Shown here in pieces: positions 1-8,564 of a DNA stretch of 64,000 bases. The notes below the pieces were generated by a model. That model was not told the DNA's origin. It searched no databases and was given only the letters and a program-made list of their open reading frames with translations. The position numbers and the translations under genes were made by a program. This DNA is from Gemmatimonadota bacterium (GTDB lineage Bacteria; Gemmatimonadota; Gemmatimonadetes; Palauibacterales; KS3-K002), in the NCBI GenBank assembly GCA_036475815.1, contig JAZGAL010000070.1, positions 11,470 to 75,469 of the forward strand, read 5' to 3'. Position 1 is the first letter of the stretch; each line of letters starts with the position of its first letter.

Positions 1-503
1 TCCGTGGACGGGACGATCAGCAGCGGGTCGGCTAGATCGACCAGATCGCCGCCATCGCAACCGGTCATGGCCGTGGCGACGAGTCCCGCTTCACGAGCCG
101 CCTTCAGCCCCTCGATCACGTTGGGGCTGCGGCCGGAGGTGGAGATGCCGACCGCGACGTCGCCAGGCCTGCCCAGGGCCAGCAGCTGGCGGGCGAACAC
201 CTGGCTGAAACCCATGTCGTTCGCACCGGCGGTGAGCGCCGATGTGTCCGTGGTCAATGCGAGCGCGGCGATAGGCGCGCGGTCGCTGCGATAACGAACG
301 ACCAGCTCGGCGGCTAGATGCTGGGCGTCGGCGGCGCTGCCGCCGTTGCCGAAGAACATGATCTTACCGCCGTTTCTCAGGCTGGTCGTCCAGGCCTGCA
401 GCATGGCGGCGAGAGGCGCTGCCAGAGCCTCTCGGCACTTCGAGACCACATCGACGTGCTCGGCGAATTCGGCCGCGAAGTACGCTTCCGGTGTGTTGCC
501 CAT
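1..503 (-). CDS. gmhA: Phosphoheptose isomerase-like SIS-domain protein (GmhA/DiaA family); 3' end runs off the window
   Basis: Absent from the ORF track because it is truncated. My reverse-complement translation from ATG (complement of 501-503) reads [20 protein letters not shown]...[27 protein letters not shown]...[23 protein letters not shown], the canonical GmhA SIS motifs. Confidence 0.8.
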   Translation of the reverse strand, partial: MGNTPEAYFAAEFAEHVDVVSKCREALAAPLAAMLQAWTTSLRNGGKIMFFGNGGSAADAQHLAAELVVRYRSDRAPIAALALTTDTSALTAGANDMGFSQVFARQLLALGRPGDVAVGISTSGRSPNVIEGLKAAREAGLVATAMTGCDGGDLVDLADPLLIVPST

Positions 504-660
504 TGGCAGGGAATATCATGGTGGAAGGGGATCGTATCAAGGAGGCGGGATGCGCGCTTTATCTCGAAGCCGTGCCGGCCGTTGAAACGGGGGGAGGTAG
601 CTGATATTATCGGCGGTCACGGCGTTCATTCGATGGCCCGATCCGCACTCGACCATCTGT

Positions 661-690
661 GAAATGAAATGAAATGAAATGAAATGAAAG
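661..690. repeat. Pentanucleotide tandem repeat (GAAAT)x5 followed by GAAAG, ending 13 nt before the M42 peptidase ATG
   Basis: Read directly: gaaatgaaatgaaatgaaatgaaatgaaag. It is AT-rich in a GC-rich context and lies in the gmhA/M42 divergent intergenic region. Confidence 0.95.
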
Positions 691-703
691 GGACTGAGCG
701 ACC

Positions 704-1771
704 ATGAAGGAGAGTTCTGTCGCGTTCTTCAAGGGCCTGCTGGCGCTGCCTGGACCCTCCGGCTACGAGGCCGCGCCCGCAAAGGGCTGGCGCGAGGAGG
801 CGCAGGCCTTCGCCGACCGGGTCTGGGCGGACGTCTCCGGTAACAGCTTCGCGGTGGTCAACCCGGAGGGCGAGCCCCGGGTGATGCTTGCAGGGCACAT
901 CGATGAGATCGGCCTCATGGTCAACCACATCGACGACGACGGCTTTCTGTACTTCTCGGCCATCGGTGGCTGGGACCCGGAGATCATCGTCGGCCAGCGA
1001 GTGGAGATCCTGACCCGGGAGGGGCCGATCCCGGGATTGGTCGGCAAGAAAGCGATCCACCTGCAGGAAAAGGATGACCGGGACCGTGCCTCGAAGATCA
1101 AGGATCTCTGGATAGACATCGGGGCGAAAGATGGTGAAGACGCCCGCCAGCGGGTTCGCGTCGGCGATGCGGCGGTGCTGGGGGTGGGTGTGGTCGAACT
1201 GCCGAATGGGCGCATCGCTTCCCGCAGCATCGACAACCGCGTGGGCGCGCTCGTTGTGCTGGAGGCGCTCCGCCGGCTCGCGGCGGACCGGCCCTCGGCC
1301 AGCGCGGTGGCCGTAGCTACGGCGCAGGAAGAGATCGCAGCCGCGGGAGGCGGGGCTCGAAGCGGCGCGTTTGGACTCGATCCGCAGGTCGCCATAGTGG
1401 TGGACGTGACTCATGCCACGGACCACCCCGGCGCGGAGAAGAAAGGGCACGGCGATCATCGCCTGGGCGGCGGCCCTGTGTTGAGCCGGGGGTCGGCGGT
1501 CAATCCGGTGCTGTTCGAGCGGATGGCTGAAGTAGCCGATCGCGAGGGGATCCCGTACTCGATAGAGGCCTCGCCCAGCAGGACGAGCACGGACGCGGAC
1601 AGCATCCACACCGCACGGATGGGCGTCGCGACCGCACTCGTCTCGGTGCCGAACCGTTACATGCACACGCCCAACGAGATGGTGGCGCTTGAGGATCTGG
1701 ATAGGGCCGCAGAGTTGATAGCGGCGACCGTGCGCACTTTCACGGTCGCAGACGATTTCGTGCCGGTCTGA
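704..1771 (+). CDS. M42 family metallo-aminopeptidase (FrvX/cellulase-M-like)
   Basis: 355-aa ORF with LAGHIDEIGLMV, SRSIDNRVG and NRYMHTPNEMV motifs typical of M42 glutamyl aminopeptidases. Confidence 0.85.
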   Translation: MKESSVAFFKGLLALPGPSGYEAAPAKGWREEAQAFADRVWADVSGNSFAVVNPEGEPRVMLAGHIDEIGLMVNHIDDDGFLYFSAIGGWDPEIIVGQRVEILTREGPIPGLVGKKAIHLQEKDDRDRASKIKDLWIDIGAKDGEDARQRVRVGDAAVLGVGVVELPNGRIASRSIDNRVGALVVLEALRRLAADRPSASAVAVATAQEEIAAAGGGARSGAFGLDPQVAIVVDVTHATDHPGAEKKGHGDHRLGGGPVLSRGSAVNPVLFERMAEVADREGIPYSIEASPSRTSTDADSIHTARMGVATALVSVPNRYMHTPNEMVALEDLDRAAELIAATVRTFTVADDFVPV

Positions 1772-1778
1772 CCGGGAT

Positions 1779-2063
1779 CTAGCCCCGGCCCCGGCGGTCT
1801 CTCCGCACGTCGGTGACTTCGTCCGAACGGTAAACCGGGAGATCCATCGACGTGCTCTGCCGATAGAGACTTCTCAATTCCTTGCTCGAAAGCTTCTCGA
1901 TGTCGGCCTGGGAGGCGAACCGATCTTCGCCGACCTCGACCACACGGTAGGGACGCTGTCCTGTAGGCTCGCAGAAGAAAAGGACGAGGCGAGCACCCGG
2001 CTTCGGCCGATCCTGCCCCAGGCGGACTTTCCAACGGTCACCGTCGATCTTGATATGTGCCAT
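1779..2063 (-). CDS. Hypothetical small protein (94 aa), directly downstream of and co-oriented with the DtxR-family gene
   Basis: ORF with high third-position GC, 14 nt after the DtxR-family stop. I recognise no motif. Confidence 0.5.
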   Translation of the reverse strand: MAHIKIDGDRWKVRLGQDRPKPGARLVLFFCEPTGQRPYRVVEVGEDRFASQADIEKLSSKELRSLYRQSTSMDLPVYRSDEVTDVRRDRRGRG

Positions 2064-2077
2064 TGCGCGCTTTGGTT

Positions 2078-2845
2078 CTAGTTGTCGGCGGTGGGGTCTT
2101 CGCCGCCATCACCATCGTGTTCAACATCTTCCTGCTCCACCCTCACTATCTCGGCAAGCCTGCGGCCGAGCGACCGCTCCTGGCCGGCGATGCGAACCCG
2201 AATGGGCCCTTCGAACGGCTCCCGGTCCACCACCTCCACCCGGGTGCCCGGGTACAGGCCAAGTTCGGCCAGGTAGCGCAGACGCTCTTCGTCGGCGTCG
2301 CTGACCTCGCGCACGATCACGCTCGCACCGCCCTCCACCTCTGAAAGCGCGGGATGCAGGTTGTCCGCAAGCTCTCCGTTGGGCGTGGGTATCGGCGAGC
2401 CGTGCGGATCCATCTCGGGATGACCCAGGGCGGACGCCATCCGCTCCACCAGTTCGTCCGAGGCCGCGTGCTCGAGACGCTCCGCCTCCGCGTGGACCAG
2501 ATCCCAGGAGTAATCCAGCATCTCGATCAGGTAAGCCTCGATCACCCGATGCCGGCGGATGATGCGCAACGCCTCACGCTCGCCCGCTTCGCTCAGCCGC
2601 ACGCCGTGGTAAGGCTCGTGCTCCACCAGCCCCCGCTCGGCCAGGCTCTTGATCATGTTGGTGATCGAGGCGGGTGAGCGATCGAGGTGCTGGGCCAGGG
2701 ATGATGTGCTCACCGGCACGCTCTCCTGCTGAAGGTGCCGGATCGCCTTCAGGTAATCCTCGACGGCGTGTGAGCGGTCATAGCCCGTGGAGCTATCGGC
2801 GGCGTCCTGCCGCCGATCGCCCTCAGTTTGTTCTGGCGTCTCCAT
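2078..2845 (-). CDS. DtxR/MntR/IdeR-family metal-dependent transcriptional repressor with C-terminal FeoA/SH3-like domain
   Basis: VEDYLKAIRHLQ...STSSLAQHLDRSPASITNMIKSLAERGLV...RRHRVIEAYL is the DtxR wHTH plus dimerisation signature. The C-terminal ~70 aa are FeoA-like. Confidence 0.85.
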   Translation of the reverse strand: METPEQTEGDRRQDAADSSTGYDRSHAVEDYLKAIRHLQQESVPVSTSSLAQHLDRSPASITNMIKSLAERGLVEHEPYHGVRLSEAGEREALRIIRRHRVIEAYLIEMLDYSWDLVHAEAERLEHAASDELVERMASALGHPEMDPHGSPIPTPNGELADNLHPALSEVEGGASVIVREVSDADEERLRYLAELGLYPGTRVEVVDREPFEGPIRVRIAGQERSLGRRLAEIVRVEQEDVEHDGDGGEDPTADN

Positions 2846-3010
2846 GATTTTTCGTCCAGGCTAAGAATCGGCTCCCCCGGCACAGGTGTCAATGCGGGCC
2901 TAACGAAACCCTCACATTGACCCCGGTGTTTAGCGTCGGTAGGTTTGCGCCATCGGCCGTGGGCCCCACCGGCTCCCGGCCCTTTTCTTGTGTGAGGAAC
3001 CAGAACCTGT

Positions 3011-3916
3011 TTGAAGCATAGAAGACCGCAGATGATCAGCTCGGCAGACAAATTCGATGCGCCGGCTCAGGTCGAGGACAGGATCGACCTCCACATGCAC
3101 TCGTCCTGCTCCGACGGGCGAGCGGAGCCGGCGGCTGTGATTGCGGCGGCGAAGGAGAAGGATCTGAAAGCGGTCGCGCTCACCGATCACGATACGGTGA
3201 GCGGGCTCGCCGAGGCGATGGCGGCGGCCGAGGCATTGGGTTTGGCGTTCGTGCCCGGGATCGAGTTTTCCTGTTACGACGATGCCGGTTCCACGCACCT
3301 GCTCGGCTACTATATCGACCCGACCCACGGCAAGCTGGCCGAGTACCTGGAGGGCGCGCGGCGGAAGCGCGTCGCACGCGCGGCGCGGATGGTGGAGAAG
3401 CTCGGCCTGTTGGGCGTGGAGATTTCACTCGAGCAGATCAGCTCACAGGCGTCCCCCAGTGGCCTGATCGCCAGGCCACACGTTGCACGTGCCCTGGTCG
3501 AGGGCGGGTGGGTCGAGAGCTACCGGGAGGCCTTCGACCGCTTCCTGGCGGCCGGGCAGCCGGCCTACGTACCCACCTGGCCGATCAGTCCAGGCGAGGG
3601 TATCGGTCGCATCCACGAAGCGGGGGGTCTGGCGGTCCTGGCGCACGGCGGCAAGACTCATAGCGATGAGGCCATCCGCCGCCTGGTGGGCGAGGGGCTG
3701 GACGGGCTGGAGATACTGCATCCGGAACACGGGCCTCATGAAGTCGGGAGACTGCGCAGGCTGGCCGCCGAGCTCGAGCTGCTGGAGACCGGCGGGTCCG
3801 ACTGGCATGGCCCGTTCGACGAGCGTCGAGGGCGGCTGAAGTCCCGGCCGGTCCCATACGAATGGTACCTGCGCCTGCGGGAGGCGGCTGTCGCCGCTAA
3901 GGGCGCCGCCGGTTGA
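3011..3916 (+). CDS. PHP-domain metal-dependent phosphoesterase (TrpH/YciV-like)
   Basis: IDLHMHSSCSDG...AVALTDHDTVSG...LAHGG motifs. The track start is a non-ATG codon at 3011; an in-frame ATG at 3032 is an alternative start. Confidence 0.8.
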   Translation: MKHRRPQMISSADKFDAPAQVEDRIDLHMHSSCSDGRAEPAAVIAAAKEKDLKAVALTDHDTVSGLAEAMAAAEALGLAFVPGIEFSCYDDAGSTHLLGYYIDPTHGKLAEYLEGARRKRVARAARMVEKLGLLGVEISLEQISSQASPSGLIARPHVARALVEGGWVESYREAFDRFLAAGQPAYVPTWPISPGEGIGRIHEAGGLAVLAHGGKTHSDEAIRRLVGEGLDGLEILHPEHGPHEVGRLRRLAAELELLETGGSDWHGPFDERRGRLKSRPVPYEWYLRLREAAVAAKGAAG

Positions 3917-3946
3917 GCCGGAAGAGGGCGCGACAGAGGAGGATGA

Positions 3947-4936
3947 TTGGAGATGTCGGCGAACGGAACGGACACCGAGAAAGAATTCGAGCTTGTAATC
4001 GTCGGTGCTGGCCCGGCGGGACTCACGGCGGGCATGTATGCGAAACGGACACAGCTAGACGCCGTAGTACTGGAGCGAGGTCTGCCCGGCGGGCAGCTCC
4101 TCAACACAGACCTGATTGACGACTACCCCGGCATGCCGGAGGTGGGGGGCCGGGAGCTGGCGGAGCGTATGACCAGGCATGCCACCAAATTCGGCCTTCA
4201 GATCGACACGGTGACCGTGCGGGGGATCAAGAATCTCGAGGACGGCACTTTCCGCATCACTACCGAGGAAGGCCCCGTCTATCGCGCGGCTACTGTGATC
4301 CTCACCGCCGGCGGCACGCCCCACAAACTGGGTGTTCCCGGCGAAGAGGAATACGCGGGGCGAGGCGTGAGCTACTGCGCAATCTGCGATGGCGCCTTCT
4401 TCAAGGGTGAGACTATCGCTGTCGCCGGCGGCGGCGACGCGGCCGTCGAGGAGGCGGAGTTCCTGACCCGTTACGTGGACAGGCTGTACCTGATTCATCG
4501 GAGGGACGAGCTGCGGGCGCAGAAGATCCTCCAGCAGCGAGCCTTCGATAACCCAAAGATCGAGATAATCTGGAACACCGTGATCGAAGAGGTCATCGGA
4601 GACCAGCAGGGGATGAAGCAACTTCGGCTCAGGAACGTCCAGAGCGGCGAGGAGAGCGTACTGGACGCGACGGGCCTCTTCGTGTTCATCGGCTTCCGGC
4701 CCAACACCGGCCTGCTGGAGGACCACGCGGAGCACGATGCCAGCGGCTACCTCATCAGCGACCGTGACATGCGGGCTTCGATCCCGGGCCTCTTCGTTGC
4801 CGGAGACGTGCGTGCCCAGCTCACCCGGCAGATCACCACGGCGGTGGGAGATGCGACGACGGCCGTGATCGCAACGGAGAAGTACCTGACCGAGCTGAAG
4901 AAAAGCCGGGAGGCGGCCGGGCAAACAGCCGGGTGA
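3947..4936 (+). CDS. trxB: Thioredoxin-disulfide reductase
   Basis: VIVGAGPAGLTAG FAD motif, redox CAICDG, GGGDAAVEEA NADPH motif, AGDV. Confidence 0.95.
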   Translation: MEMSANGTDTEKEFELVIVGAGPAGLTAGMYAKRTQLDAVVLERGLPGGQLLNTDLIDDYPGMPEVGGRELAERMTRHATKFGLQIDTVTVRGIKNLEDGTFRITTEEGPVYRAATVILTAGGTPHKLGVPGEEEYAGRGVSYCAICDGAFFKGETIAVAGGGDAAVEEAEFLTRYVDRLYLIHRRDELRAQKILQQRAFDNPKIEIIWNTVIEEVIGDQQGMKQLRLRNVQSGEESVLDATGLFVFIGFRPNTGLLEDHAEHDASGYLISDRDMRASIPGLFVAGDVRAQLTRQITTAVGDATTAVIATEKYLTELKKSREAAGQTAG

Positions 4937-5047
4937 AGTTGACAGAGGATCTCTCGGGGGTTGTATTTGTTTTCGGAACGAAGGTGCCCGACAAGGGTAG
5001 CACCCGCACGGCCACAGATTGCAGAGATTCCAGGAGGATATGCCTAG

Positions 5048-5407
5048 ATGGCAGAGACCAAGCAGCAGTCCGCGGTTAGCGTCGAGCTGACCGCTCAGGC
5101 AGCCGAGAAGGCGCGGGAGTTCATGGCGGACGAGAACCTGTCGCCAGAAACTGCAGGCCTCAGAGTCAGTGTCCTCCCGGGCGGCTGCTCGGGCTTTCAA
5201 TACGGTCTGAATGTCGAGGAAGGAGCGCGTGAGGACGATGAGGTTTTTGAGTCTCATGGCGTGAGACTCTTCGTGGACCCCTTCAGCTCGCAGTACCTCA
5301 AGGGAACGCAGATCGGCTACCAAAGCTCGTTCCAGGGTTCCGGGTTTACGTTCAGCAACCCGAACTCTACGGGTGGCTGCGGCTGCGGCTCTTCATTCGC
5401 CGTCTGA
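5048..5407 (+). CDS. erpA: Iron-sulfur cluster insertion/carrier protein, HesB/IscA/ErpA family
   Basis: 119 aa with GGCSGFQY and C-terminal FSNPNSTGGCGCGSSF cysteine signature. Confidence 0.85.
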   Translation: MAETKQQSAVSVELTAQAAEKAREFMADENLSPETAGLRVSVLPGGCSGFQYGLNVEEGAREDDEVFESHGVRLFVDPFSSQYLKGTQIGYQSSFQGSGFTFSNPNSTGGCGCGSSFAV

Positions 5408-5429
5408 CGCCGGGGGGCACAGCGGTCTT

Positions 5430-5461
5430 GGAAGGCCCGCTCACGCGGGCCTTCCTTTTTG
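5430..5461 (+). terminator. Rho-independent terminator after erpA
   Basis: Perfect 11-bp stem GGAAGGCCCGC / GCGGGCCTTCC with TCAC loop, followed by TTTTT. Confidence 0.7.
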
Positions 5462-5509
5462 TGAGCCCGGCGAGGCCTTATCTTCCCGTGTCCGCGCTCA
5501 GGGAGAGAG

Positions 5510-6151
5510 ATGAAGATTCTCGGCTTTCCGGTAGGACCCTTTCAGGCCAACGCCTATCTCGCTATCTGCGAGGAGACGCTGAGCTGCGCCCTGGTGGATC
5601 CCGGGGCGGAAGCGGAACGTCTGCTGGCCGCCGCGGCGGCCGAGAACGCCACTATCGAATCGATCATCCTGACGCACGCCCACGTCGACCACGTGGGCGG
5701 TGTGGCGGAGGCGAAGCGAGAGACCGGCGTGCCCGTGTATCTCCATCCTGCGGACGCCGCCCTCTACGCTGAGGCTCCCATGCACGCACGCGAGTTCGGT
5801 TTCGAGATCGAGTCGCCGCCGGCGCCCGACCACGAACTGGAAGATGGCCAGATCCTCGAGATCGGTGCCGAGAAGCTGGAGGTTCGTCACACGCCGGGCC
5901 ACTCGCCGGGTCATGTCTGCCTGATCGGGGACGGGTTCGCTATCGTCGGAGACTGCGTGTTCGCCGGATCCATCGGGCGCACCGATCTTCCCGGCGGCGA
6001 CTATCGCACGCTGATGGAGTCGATCAACGAGAAACTGCTCTGCCTGCCCGACGAGACCGTGCTCTATTCGGGGCATGGCTCGGCGACGACCGTCGGAAGG
6101 GAACGAGCCACCAACCCCTTCCTGACCGGAGTGCTCGGATGGAGCGGTTGA
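5510..6151 (+). CDS. MBL-fold metallo-hydrolase (hydroxyacylglutathione hydrolase/GloB-like)
   Basis: ILTHAHVDHVGG (HxHxDH) and HTPGHSPGH motifs; 213 aa. Confidence 0.8.
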   Translation: MKILGFPVGPFQANAYLAICEETLSCALVDPGAEAERLLAAAAAENATIESIILTHAHVDHVGGVAEAKRETGVPVYLHPADAALYAEAPMHAREFGFEIESPPAPDHELEDGQILEIGAEKLEVRHTPGHSPGHVCLIGDGFAIVGDCVFAGSIGRTDLPGGDYRTLMESINEKLLCLPDETVLYSGHGSATTVGRERATNPFLTGVLGWSG

Positions 6152-7230
6152 GTCAGGCTGAGCGTGCTGCAGGCCCGGGGCCGGACGACAGCTGCGGCGA
6201 GCCGCGCCTGGCGGAATTGAAAGCCGCGCTCGAGGACGGTGAGCGGCTGCTCATCCTCACGCACGACAACCCCGACCCCGACGCCCTCGCCAGCGCCTTC
6301 GCGTTGCTCAAGCTGGCGGAATCGCTCGACGGCCTGAGCACGCGCATCGGGTTCGGCGGCTTCGTCGGCCGGGCGGAGAACAGCACCATGGTTCGCGAGC
6401 TCGGGTTGCCGATCATTCCGACCTGGGCGGTGGGCTTCGAGGATGTGGATCTGATCGCGCTGGTCGACACGCAGCCGGGAACGGGCAACAACTCGCTTCC
6501 CGAGGATAGGGAGGCGGCGGTGGTCATCGATCACCACCCGCTGCGGAAGGAGACGAAGCGCGCCAGGTTCTGGGACGTGCGAACGGGATGCGGCTCGAGC
6601 TCCACGATCCTCACCCAGTATCTACAGGCCGCCGGAGTTCCGCTGCAGGGCAGCGTGGCGACGGCCCTCTTCTACGGAATCCAGTCGGAGACCCAGGACC
6701 TGGGGCGCGAAACGGGGGAGGCGGACACCCGTGCTAGCCTGGCGCTCTACCCGGGCACCGACCGTGAGCTCCTCTCGCGCATCCGCTATCCGGACTTGCC
6801 GCGCCCCTACTTCAAGTCGCTGCACCGCTCGCTCGAGAGAGCGCGCACACGGGGGCCGGTGATCATCTCCTACGTAGGGGTACTCGACTACCCTGACCTG
6901 GTGGCGGAACTGGCCGATTTCTACCTGCGCTACGAGGGCTCCCAGTGGTCTTTCTGTATCGGCATATTCGAGTACGACATCCTGATCTCGATCCGAACTT
7001 CGATTCCCGACGCCGCGGCGGGCCGGTTGCTGAGACGGGTGGTCGGTGATGACGGCAGCGCGGGCGGCCACGGTATGATGGCGGGCGCCCGCGTTCCGGT
7101 GGCGCACCTGTCGGCGGAGGATGTTCGCCTGAAGAGCGAGGAGCTGGTGAACCGCTTCATCAAGGAGCTTGGGGTCGAGGACGAGACGGGCGGCGCTCTC
7201 CTGGACACGACGGCGCAGGGCGAGGCCTGA
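6139..7230 (+). CDS. DHH/DHHA1-family phosphoesterase (NrnA-like paralogue 1)
   Basis: THDNPDPDALAS (motif I), VVIDHHP (DHH) and C-terminal GGHGMMAG (DHHA1 GGGH-like). Overlaps the previous gene by 13 nt. Confidence 0.75.
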   Translation: MERLSQAERAAGPGPDDSCGEPRLAELKAALEDGERLLILTHDNPDPDALASAFALLKLAESLDGLSTRIGFGGFVGRAENSTMVRELGLPIIPTWAVGFEDVDLIALVDTQPGTGNNSLPEDREAAVVIDHHPLRKETKRARFWDVRTGCGSSSTILTQYLQAAGVPLQGSVATALFYGIQSETQDLGRETGEADTRASLALYPGTDRELLSRIRYPDLPRPYFKSLHRSLERARTRGPVIISYVGVLDYPDLVAELADFYLRYEGSQWSFCIGIFEYDILISIRTSIPDAAAGRLLRRVVGDDGSAGGHGMMAGARVPVAHLSAEDVRLKSEELVNRFIKELGVEDETGGALLDTTAQGEA

Positions 7231-7241
7231 TAGGAGCAACG

Positions 7242-7850
7242 GTGCTGCGAGTCGGCCTTACCGGAAACGTCGGCGCTGGCAAATCAACAGCCGTATCGCT
7301 CTTCGCAAGCTGGGGTGCCAGCGTGGTGGACACGGATATGCTGGCCCGCGAGGTTGTGGCGCCGGGCCGCCCTGCGCTGGCCGCGATCCGCGAGGTCTGG
7401 GGCGATGACGTGATAGCCGGGAGCGGTGGACTCGATCGTGCGGCGATGCGGCACATCATCTTCTCCGACTCTGAGGCCCGCGAGAGATTGGAGGCGATTC
7501 TTCACCCGGCGATACGCGCGCGTTGCCGCGAGTTGTTCGCCGAGGCGGAAGCACGCGGCGACCGCATCGTCATCGGCGTTGTCCCTCTTCTCTACGAGAC
7601 AGGCATGGAGGAGGAGTACGACGTCGTTCTCCTGATCGATGCGCCGCTGGAGCAGCGCATCGAGCGGTTGGTGAACAAGCGAGGGCTGAGCCCCGAGGAG
7701 GCTCGCGCCATCGCCGCAGCTCAGATGCCGGCTGAGGAGAAGCGGGCGCGGGCCGACTTCATCATCGATAACGACTCCGACATAACGACGCTCGAGCGGC
7801 GCGCATGGGAGACCTGGAAGGAGATCGAGAAGTTGGGCCGGGACGAATGA
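7242..7850 (+). CDS. coaE: Dephospho-CoA kinase
   Basis: VGLTGNVGAGKST P-loop and a length (202 aa) typical of CoaE; GTG start. Confidence 0.9.
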   Translation: MLRVGLTGNVGAGKSTAVSLFASWGASVVDTDMLAREVVAPGRPALAAIREVWGDDVIAGSGGLDRAAMRHIIFSDSEARERLEAILHPAIRARCRELFAEAEARGDRIVIGVVPLLYETGMEEEYDVVLLIDAPLEQRIERLVNKRGLSPEEARAIAAAQMPAEEKRARADFIIDNDSDITTLERRAWETWKEIEKLGRDE

Positions 7851-8497
7851 GCGTATTGAGACTCGATCTCCACATACATACCCGGGCTTCCCACGACTGC
7901 CTCAGCGACTTCGGCGATGTGGTGGCGAAGGCGCGTGCTCGGGGACTCGACCGCATTGCCGTCACCGATCACAACGAGATCGAGGGCGCCTTCCGTGTCC
8001 GGGATCTTGCTCCCGAGCTGGTGATTGTAGGTGAAGAGGTAAAGACCGCCGAGGGGGTCGACATCACCGGCCTTTTTCTGTCCGAGAAAATCCACAAGGG
8101 CACACCGGCCGACGAAACCGCTCAGGCGATCCGCGAGCAGGGCGGCTTCGTCTACGTTCCTCACCCCTTCGCCGGCGGCAAGGGTCTGGGCGGAGAGGTG
8201 CTGGCGGCCATCGAGCCGTGGGTGGACGTGGTGGAGATCTTCAACGCCCGTATCCACCGGCCGGCACTGAATGAGAAGGCCCGCCTCTGGGCGGAGGAGC
8301 GCGGGTTGCCGGGCGGCGCCGGGTCCGATGCCCACACGCTGAGTGAGATCGGGCGCGGCGTGATCGAGGTCCCGGCCTTCGAGGGCCAGGCGGGGTTCCT
8401 GGATGCGTTGCGTTCCGGCCGTGTGGTAGGGCGCAGTTCCAGCCGCCTCGTCCATCTGGCTTCCAGCTGGGCCAAGATCGTCGGCAAGTTTGCTTGA
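7847..8497 (+). CDS. PHP-domain phosphoesterase (second PHP protein in the window)
   Basis: MSVLRLDLHIHTRASHDC...IAVTDHNEI...GSDAH motifs. I place the start at ATG 7847 (ATGA overlap with the coaE stop) rather than the track start at 7805. Confidence 0.75.
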   Translation: MSVLRLDLHIHTRASHDCLSDFGDVVAKARARGLDRIAVTDHNEIEGAFRVRDLAPELVIVGEEVKTAEGVDITGLFLSEKIHKGTPADETAQAIREQGGFVYVPHPFAGGKGLGGEVLAAIEPWVDVVEIFNARIHRPALNEKARLWAEERGLPGGAGSDAHTLSEIGRGVIEVPAFEGQAGFLDALRSGRVVGRSSSRLVHLASSWAKIVGKFA

Positions 8498-8523
8498 CAC
8501 CGCTTGGCCGCTTGCGCTAGAGT
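8494..8523 (+). promoter_or_regulatory. Candidate sigma70-type promoter for the symporter gene
   Basis: TTGACA (8494-8499), 18-nt spacer, TAGAGT (8518-8523), about 40 nt upstream of the ATG at 8565. Confidence 0.35.
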
Positions 8524-8564
8524 AGCGCGATTCATTTCGGCCGTTCCCTCGACTGCGAGAGTAT

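Noticed and set aside
2846-3010. DtxR/MntR operator in the repressor's upstream region
   Set aside because: Only weak partial inverted repeats (CCTAACG...CGGTAGG) are present, and none resembles the TWAGGTWAGSCTWACCTWA-type consensus well enough to call.
4939-4969. Promoter TTGACA ... TATTTG upstream of erpA
   Set aside because: The -35 is perfect, but the spacing to the best -10-like hexamer is 19 nt (or a poor TGTATT at 17 nt). This is too weak to list as a feature.
4055-5323. 422-aa minus-strand ORF over trxB/erpA, and similar antisense ORFs at 626-1666, 8784-9896, 13169-14158, 49896-51257 and 51757-52902
   Set aside because: All are antisense to genes with strong family signatures and have low-complexity Arg/Pro/Gly-rich translations.
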